DNA of 58,501 nucleotides. Source: Mesotaenium endlicherianum. Its lineage: Eukaryota. The notes below the pieces were generated by a model. The model was not told where the DNA came from, searched no databases, and worked only from the letters and a program-made list of their open reading frames with translations. A program made the translations under genes and the position numbers. Shown here in pieces: positions 35,601 through 44,600 of this stretch (its first letter is position 1; every line of letters starts with the position of its first letter). The stretch spans positions 1 through 58,501 of the forward strand of contig WELA01000984.1 of assembly GCA_009602735.1 (NCBI GenBank). Reading direction: 5' to 3'.

Positions 35601-38600
35601 CTTCTCCTGCTTCTTCAACATGTCCGTGAGCGGTGCACACACCTTGGCAAATCCTTCAATGAAACGTCGATAATAATTCGCCATGCCGAGGAAACTCCTG
35701 AGTTGATGAATATCAGCAGGTACCGGCCAATCTCTGACTGCTTGCACCTTCTTCTGCTCCACCTTGACTCCTTCAGCTCCCACTATGTGTCCAAGAAACT
35801 CGACCTCCTTGAGACAGAAGTCGCACTTGCTCATCTTCCCATACAGCTTTTGATCTCTCAAGACCTCCAACACCTTCCTCAGATGCCCCACATGCTCCTC
35901 CAAGGTCTTCGAATAGATCAGGATGTCGTCCAAAAATACCACCACAAACTGGTCCAAGTAGGGTCTGAAGATACTATTCATGAGTCCCATGAATGTAGCA
36001 GGTGCATTAGTCAATCCAAAAGGCATGACTGTGAACTCGAACAAACCATAGCGAGTTCTGAAAGCAGTCTTCTGAACGTCTCCTTCCGCAATCCGTACCT
36101 GGTGATAGCCACTCCTCAAATCGATCTTCGAGAAATACTTCGCCCCGACAAGCCTGTCAATCAACTCGTCCACTCGTGGAAGTGGGTACCTGTTCTTGAT
36201 GGTGACCTTGTTGAGTGCCCGGTAGTCGACACACATCCTCATAGTCCCATCCTTCTTCTTCACAAATAAGACTGGCGCTGCAAATGGAGACTCGCTGGGT
36301 CGGATGAATCCCTTCTCCAATAACTCCGTCAGTTGCTTCTTTAACTCATCCAACTCCGCAAACGATTGTCGATAGGCGGGTCTCACTGGTGGCTTGCTCC
36401 CTGGTTCCAACTCAATCTTGTGCTCCATAGCTCTCTGTGGAGGTAATCCTGTAGGTAGTTCCTCAGGAAACACGCACTTGAACTCCTCCAACAGCGCCTT
36501 AATTTGGGCAGGCATCTCAGCAGGCTTCTTCTCTTGAGCAGTTGGGCTCTGCTCCTTCTGAGCAAGGGGATCAGACACCACTACTTGCTCCTCCGGCGAT
36601 GTACATTCGCCCAGGCTGTTAGGATTCACGCTTGCTCCATCTGATGACCTGGCCAGGGCCACCGAAACAAGGTACATCTCCTTCACCTGATTCGCCCTGC
36701 ATAGCTTCTTAACTTGCAGGCTCGACAGAAGACAGTTACTTGTGGTCGTATCTACCTCCACCTGTTTCGCTGTCTCCATTCGACCATCACGCCCTTGGAC
36801 TTTCACTTGTCCTGTGCTCCAGTGCACTTGAGGGTTGGCTTTCCTCAGCCATGGTCGGCCCAATATCACCTCATGGTGACCCAACTCTGCCTGCTCCATA
36901 ACTTCCTTACTCCGGTGCCCCGCTACTTCCACGTGAATAGCTTCCGTAGGTGCACCACACTTGAGTCTCTGCCCATTCGCCAAAATTGCCTCCTTAGGCT
37001 CATAATGCTTCTGCACAGGGATTCGCCACTCTTTCACCAGCTTCTTGTGCACAAAGTTTGCACTTGCGCCACTGTCGACCATACACTTCGCCTTGTTGCC
37101 GTCGACCACTCCTTCCACGATGATAGGCTTGTCAACATCTCGTCTTTTGCTTCTCGGCAGGCTCCTGGGGATAACCTCCTTGTGAGTTCTCGTCTTCACG
37201 CCAGTAGACACCCCAGAACGACTTACTGGCGTCCTCCTTTTTCCTGCTGTTGAGGTTGCTTCGCCTTCACATGACAGTCTCGAGCCAGATGTCCAAGCTT
37301 GCCGCAACTATAGCAGGGTCCTCTCGGCTTGAAATTCTGCTGCCTGCGCTGGTACTGCACAAGTCCCAACTCCATGGGTACTGGACCTTGAACACTCGTG
37401 CTTGGCGCTTGAGATCCAAAGTGTCGATATCCTCCAAAGTTGTGGCTGCCCCACTGCCTCTGACTATACTCCACAGCGTCGACCCTTGTTGCCAATGCCA
37501 TCATTTCTCCAAGACTGGTAGGGTCCTTGAGCGCCACTTCCTTGGCCACAGTTGGCTTGAGTCCCCTCTTGAACTTGTCCATCATCTCCGACTCGTGCAT
37601 GGATGGACATTGAAGCACCAGCTCGTTGAAGCGCGATACATACTCTTGAACGCTTCCTCGTTGACGAAGGCGCACCAATAGATCTCGAGCGGTAGCCTCG
37701 GGTGCAATAGGTTGAAATTGCCTCTTCAAGCCTTCAAATAGCTGATCAACAGTAGCAGGAACTCCAGACAGCTGCTCTTCTCGTTCATACCAAGCTCCAG
37801 CACTCTTCTGCAGCAAAGTTATGACAAAGGCGACTTGCCTGTCGGGCGTGAGCGCAGAATACTCCATAAACTTCTTCACTCCAAAAATCCATTGATGAAC
37901 AGGCGGCGATCCACGCTCTCCAGTATAAACTTCAGGCTTAGGCGCACGCACTCCTGATGCGGGTGGAATAACTGGTTGCACCACTGGGTTAACATGAATC
38001 GGTGGTACAACAGGTGCAGGTGCCGAACTCGTCGAAGCGGCGTTCCCCATAACAACTCGCACCATTCTCTCCACCTCCGCGCGCATATTTTGTTGAAACT
38101 GGGTGTAGACTTCTCCTCCAATTGCATTTGCCATTTGCCTTAGCATCGCCTGCATCTCTTGTTGCTCTCTGGTCATTGTTGGTGCTGCCTGCTGCCCCGC
38201 GCGCTCAACATGCTCGACATGTTCGCCTCCTCCAGCTGCCGGCTGCGACTCCATAATATAATATGCAAACTAGCCCTGCTCCGATACCAGATGAAAGGGG
38301 CAGAGTGCCCTAGTGGAAGCGTAGTGACTCACGAGGAAAGGAACTAGTTGCCATCATACTAGAGAGTGCAGCGGCATATCACTAACAAAGCTTAGGAAAA
38401 TTACTCAACATTTTGAGTAGCAGGAAACTGCTCACAAATGATGTAGGATGAAAGGCCTTGTCATTACAAACCCGTAGAAATTTACAGAAGTGAAAACTGA
38501 TAAGAAACAAAGAAGTTATGCCTATTTATAATTTTCTGCCTAAGTGCTCCTCCCTAGGAGGAAGCTACGGATTTTCCTAAGTGTTCGTCAAATCGTCCCT

Positions 38601-41600
38601 TCCAGAATATTCGTGAGTAAGCCAGATCAGTCTAATCTGACGTGTCGGGCCGAATTGACGTCCACATACATGCATCGACATTACTAGAATATTCTATCTT
38701 AGACGCGCTAGGCTAAACCGAAACTTCTAGGTAAATCGACCTAGTCGGCACTCCGCGTCAGCCGAACTTACGTGAAGGTTCGAGTTCATTCTAACGGGCC
38801 AGATCGCTCGACGCTGTCGGTCAATCCGACGGTCGCGCTCACCGCGAATTAAGGACAGTCGTCAACCGACCTCAAAACTAATTAAACTTCGGAAATCCAT
38901 AACTCTCTCAATACTTGACCAAATTCGATGAACTTTATATCAAAATGACCACAAAAATGCACTCTACACTACTATACAATCAAAACATACTTTCATGATA
39001 CTCAAAAATGCACTTCATAAACCTATGACCTTACATCATCCCCCTCCTCAAGATGCGACGTCCTCGACGCATTCTGCAGATAACGTCTTAACTTACTCTT
39101 ACAATGAGTCAAGTTGGCCTCTGGCTCCCAAGTGTTGTCGTCCGCATGGTAGCCTTTCCACTTGACCAGATACTCTCGGACAACTCGCTGACCTCGCTTG
39201 ACTCGTCGATCGCCGACAATCGCCTCCACTTCATACTCCAATACATCATCGATCTCGACCGGTGGTGGCGGTGTAGGTAGTCGTCCTGGATGTCCTTCAT
39301 TCGGGTCAACGTATGGCCGTAGACAACTGACATGGAACACATCATGGATACGCCATCCTGGAGGAAGTTCCAACTTGTAGGTCACTAGATTCACCTGCTT
39401 GAGCACTTCAAAGGGACCTGTAAACCGTGCCCGCAGTTTCCTCTTGCCTGTGAAAGGTAGGTTCTCTGTGGACAAGAGTACTTTGTCGCCCACTTGGAAT
39501 GTCACTTCCCTCCTGTGCTTGTTAGCATGCTTGACCTGCTCTTGTTGTGCCTTCCGAATACACGTCTTCGCCATATCCCAAGTCTTGGCCATCTGCTCCA
39601 TAAAAGCTTGTGTAGTAGGAACCTGAGTCTCCTTGGCCTTCTCCAACAAGATGTTCCCTGGATGATATACTTCTCTCCCATAAACCATAGCGAATGGTGA
39701 CTGCTTGGTCGATCCCTGCATGCTGTTGTTGTAGGCAAACTCCAACCCTGGTAGCTTCTTGTCCCACTCTGAAGGGTCTTCCATAGTGAAACTCCTGAGC
39801 ACCTCTTGCAGAGTTCTGTTGAGCCTCTCACTCTGCCCATCTGTCTGAGGGTGATAGGAAGTGCTCATACTCAGCTTGGTCCCCATCAAAGTAAACAATG
39901 ACCGCCAAAAGTTGCTAGTAAACCTTGGATCTCGATCTGAAACAATCACCTTCGGCAACCCATGTAGCCTAAAAATATGATCAAAGAATAGCCGTGCCAC
40001 ATCTGCTGCCGTAGAAGTCTCCTTCATGGGAATGAAGTGAGCCATCTTGCTGAGTCTGTCAGACACTACCCATACTGCATCGTGCCCTTGACCACTGACT
40101 GGTAACGATGTGATGAAGTCCATAGCAATCTGCTCCCAAGGATACTCTGGAATAGGCAGGGGCCGCAATGTACCTCCCTTCTTTTGATTTGGTGTCTTGT
40201 TTCTCTGGCACGCATCGCAACTCCTGATCCACTCCTCGATGTCCTTGTCCATATTTCTCCAGTAGTATTCCCGCTTCAGCACGCTTGCCGTCTTCTCGCT
40301 TCCAAAGTGTCCAGCATATAAGCAGTCATGATGCTCCGCAAGTAGTAAGTCTCGTAGCTCCTTGATGTCAGGTACCACCACTCTCTTGGAATCACCATAA
40401 TACCATATGCCGTCCTTCTTCTGCATACTCGAGTTGGACTCCGCTGCTCCACCATCAGCAAACTGTGGGTCCTCCTCATAACCTTTTTGAAGCTTCTCCT
40501 TGAAGTCCATATTCTCCTTGATGACTGAGACAGCTGCAAGGTCACACCTCCTGGATAAAGCGTCTGCAGGGTTGATCTTCCCAGGTAAGTACTCAATCTT
40601 GTGGTCGAACTGTTGCAGAAACTCCATCCACCTTGCTTGTCTTGGTGTCAACGTTGGCTGCGTCATAAACTTCTCCAAGCTCTTGTGGTCGGTCTTGATG
40701 AACACCTTCCGGCCGTCCACATAACATCGCCAAATCCTCAAAGCCTGGATAATAGCCAACATCTCCCGCTCGTGTGCTGCATAGTTCTGCTCAGCAGGAC
40801 TCAACTTCCTGCTCTCATATGCCACAGGCTGCAATCCTTTGCCCTGGTCCTGGAGAAGAATGGCTCCCACTGCAAAGTTTGATGCGTCTGTGATGATGGT
40901 GAAAGGAAGCTCTGGACTGGCAATTGCCAACACAGGTGCCTGTGTCAACAGCTCCTTAATCTTCTCAAAGGCTTGCTGCTCCTTGTCACCCCATAGCCAC
41001 TTCTCCTGCTTCTTCAACATGTCCGTGAGCGGTGCACACACCTTGGCAAATCCTTCAATGAAACGTCGATAATAATTCGCCATGCCGAGGAAACTCCTGA
41101 GTTGATGAATATCAGCAGGTACCGGCCAATCTCTGACTGCTTGCACCTTCTTCTGCTCCACCTTGACTCCTTCAGCTCCCACTATGTGTCCAAGAAACTC
41201 GACCTCCTTGAGACAGAAGTCGCACTTGCTCATCTTCCCATACAGCTTTTGATCTCTCAAGACCTCCAACACCTTCCTCAGATGCCCCACATGCTCCTCC
41301 AAGGTCTTCGAATAGATCAGGATGTCGTCCAAAAATACCACCACAAACTGGTCCAAGTAGGGTCTGAAGATACTATTCATGAGTCCCATGAATGTAGCAG
41401 GTGCATTAGTCAATCCAAAAGGCATGACTGTGAACTCGAACAAACCATAGCGAGTTCTGAAAGCAGTCTTCTGAACGTCTCCTTCCGCAATCCGTACCTG
41501 GTGATAGCCACTCCTCAAATCGATCTTCGAGAAATACTTCGCCCCGACAAGCCTGTCAATCAACTCGTCCACTCGTGGAAGTGGGTACCTGTTCTTGATG

Positions 41601-44600
41601 GTGACCTTGTTGAGTGCCCGGTAGTCGACACACATCCTCATAGTCCCATCCTTCTTCTTCACAAATAAGACTGGCGCTGCAAATGGAGACTCGCTGGGTC
41701 GGATGAATCCCTTCTCCAATAACTCTGTCAGCTGCTTCTTTAACTCATCCAACTCCGCAAACGATTGTCGATAGGCGGGTCTCACTGGTGGCTTGCTCCC
41801 TGGTTCCAACTCAATCTTGTGCTCCATAGCTCTCTGTGGAGGTAATCCTGCAGGTAGCTCCTCAGGAAATACGCACTTGAACTCCTCCAACAGCGCCTTA
41901 ATTTGGGCAGGCATCTCAGCAGGCTTCTTCTCTTGAGCAGTTGGGCTCTGCTCCTTCTGAGCAAGGGGATCAGACACCACTACTTGCTCCTCCGGCGATG
42001 TACATTCGCCCAGGCTGTTAGGATTCACGCTTGCTCCATCTGATGACCTGGCCAGGGCCACCGAAACAAGGTACATCTCCTTCACCTGATTCGCCCTGCA
42101 TAGCTTCTTAACTTGCAGGCTCGACAGAAGACAGTTACTTGTGGTCGTATCTACCTCCACCTGTTTCGCTGTCTCCATTCGACCATCACGCCCTTGGACT
42201 TTCACTTGTCCTGTGCTCCAGTGCACTTGAGGGTTGGCTTTCCTCAGCCATGGTCGGCCCAATATCACCTCATGGTGACCCAACTCTGCCTGCTCCATAA
42301 CTTCCTTACTCCGGTGCCCCGCTACTTCCACGTGAATAGCTTCCGTAGGTGCACCACACTTGAGTCTCTGCCCATTCGCCAAAATTGCCTCCTTAGGCTC
42401 ATAATGCTTCTGCACAGGGATTCGCCACTCTTTCACCAGCTTCTTGTGCACAAAGTTTGCACTTGCGCCACTGTCGACCATACACTTCGCCTTGTTGCCG
42501 TCGACCACTCCTTCCACGATGATAGGCTTGTCAACGTCTCGTCCTTTGCTTCTCGGCAGGCTCCTGGGGATAACCTCCTTGTGAGTTCTCGTCTTCACGC
42601 CAGTAGACACCCCAGAACGACTTACTGGCGTCCTCCTTTTTCCTGCTGTTGAGGTTGCTTCGCCTTCACATGACAGTCTCGAGCCAGATGTCCAAGCTTG
42701 CCGCAACTATAGCAGGGTCCTCTCGGCTTGAAATTCTGCTGCCTGCGCTGGTACTGCACAAGTCCCAACTCCATGGGTACTGGACCTTGAACACTCGTGC
42801 TTGGCGCTTGAGATCCAAAGTGTCGATATCCTCCAAAGTTGTGGCTGCCCCACTGCCTCTGACTATACTCCACAGCGTCGACCCTTGTTGCCAATGCCAT
42901 CATTTCTCCAAGACTGGTAGGGTCCTTGAGCGCCACTTCCTTGGCCACAGTTGGCTTGAGTCCCCTCTTGAACTTGTCCATCATCTCCGACTCGTGCATG
43001 GATGGACATTGAAGCACCAGCTCGTTGAAGCGCGATACATACTCTTGAACGCTTCCTCGTTGACGAAGGCGCACCAATAGATCTCGAGCGGTAGCCTCGG
43101 GTGCAATAGGTTGAAATTGCCTCTTCAAGCCTTCAAATAGCTGATCAACAGTAGCAGGAACTCCAGACAGCTGCTCTTCTCGTTCATACCAAGCTCCAGC
43201 ACTCTTCTGCAGCAAAGTTATGACAAAGGCGACTTGCCTGTCGGGCGTGAGCGCAGAATACTCCATAAACTTCTTCACTCCAAAAATCCATTGATGAACA
43301 GGCGGCGATCCACGCTCTCCAGTATAAACTTCAGGCTTAGGCGCACGCACTCCTGATGCGGGTGGAATAACTGGTTGCACCACTGGGTTAACATGAATCG
43401 GTGGTACAACAGGTGCAGGTGCCGAACTCGTCGAAGCGGCGTTCCCCATAACAACTCGCACCATTCTCTCCACCTCCGCGCGCATATTTTGTTGAAACTG
43501 GGTGTAGACTTCTCCTCCAATTGCATTTGCCATTTGCCTTAGCATCGCCTGCATCTCTTGTTGCTCTCTGGTCATTGTTGGTGCTGCCTGCTGCCCCGCG
43601 CGCTCAACATGCTCGACATGTTCGCCTCCTCCAGCTGCCGGCTGCGACTCCATAATATAATATGCAAACTAGCCCTGCTCCGATACCAGATGAAAGGGGC
43701 AGAGTGCCCTAGTGGAAGCGTAGTGACTCACGAGGAAAGGAACTAGTTGCCATCATACTAGAGAGTGCAGCGGCATATCACTAACAAAGCTTAGGAAAAT
43801 TACTCAACATTTTGAGTAGCAGGAAACTGCTCACAAATGATGTAGGATGAAAGGCCTTGTCATTACAAACCCGTAGAAATTTACAGAAGTGAAAACTGAT
43901 AAGAAACAAAGAAGTTATGCCTATTTATAATTTTCTGCCTAAGTGCTCCTCCCTAGGAGGAAGCTACGGATTTTCCTAAGTGTTCGTCAAATCGTCCCTT
44001 CCAGAATATTCGTGAGTAAGCCAGATCAGTCTAATCTGACGTGTCGGGCCGAATTGACGTCCACATACATGCATCGACATTACTAGAATATTCTATCTTA
44101 GACGCGCTAGGCTAAACCGAAACTTCTAGGTAAATCGACCTAGTCGGCACTCCGCGTCAGCCGAACTTACGTGAAGGTTCGAGTTCATTCTAACGGGCCA
44201 GATCGCTCGACGCTGTCGGTCAATCCGACGGTCGCGCTCACCGCGAATTAAGGACAGTCGTCAACCGACCTCAAAACTAATAAAACTTCGGAAATCCATA
44301 ACTCTCTCAAGACTTGACCAAATTCAATGAACTTTATATCAAAATGACCACAAAAATGCACTATACATGAATACACAATCAAAACATAATTTTATGAAAC
44401 TCAAAAATGCACTTTATAAACCTATGACCTTACATCCAAAGTTGTGGCTGCCCCACTGCCTCTGCCTATACTCCACAGCGTCGACCCTTGTTGCCAATGC
44501 CATCATTTCTCCAAGACTGGTAGGGTCCTTGAGCGCCACTGTCTTGGCCACAGTTGGCTTGAGTCCCCTCTTGAACTTGTCCATCATCTCCGACTCGTGC

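Larger units (their letters stand above)
27494..44434 (-). mobile_element. Tandem array of three intact family-C chromoviruses sharing four LTRs (period 5399 bp)
   Basis: LTRs at 27494-28237, 32893-33636, 38292-39035 and 43691-44434; single TSD TCCAA (27489-27493 and 44435-44439); each unit has a PBS, gag, pol and PPT. Confidence 0.95.

Noticed and set aside
27494..44434. Array as a pure assembly duplication
   Set aside because: Units carry distinct, mosaic substitutions and a correct TSD; not fully excluded without long reads
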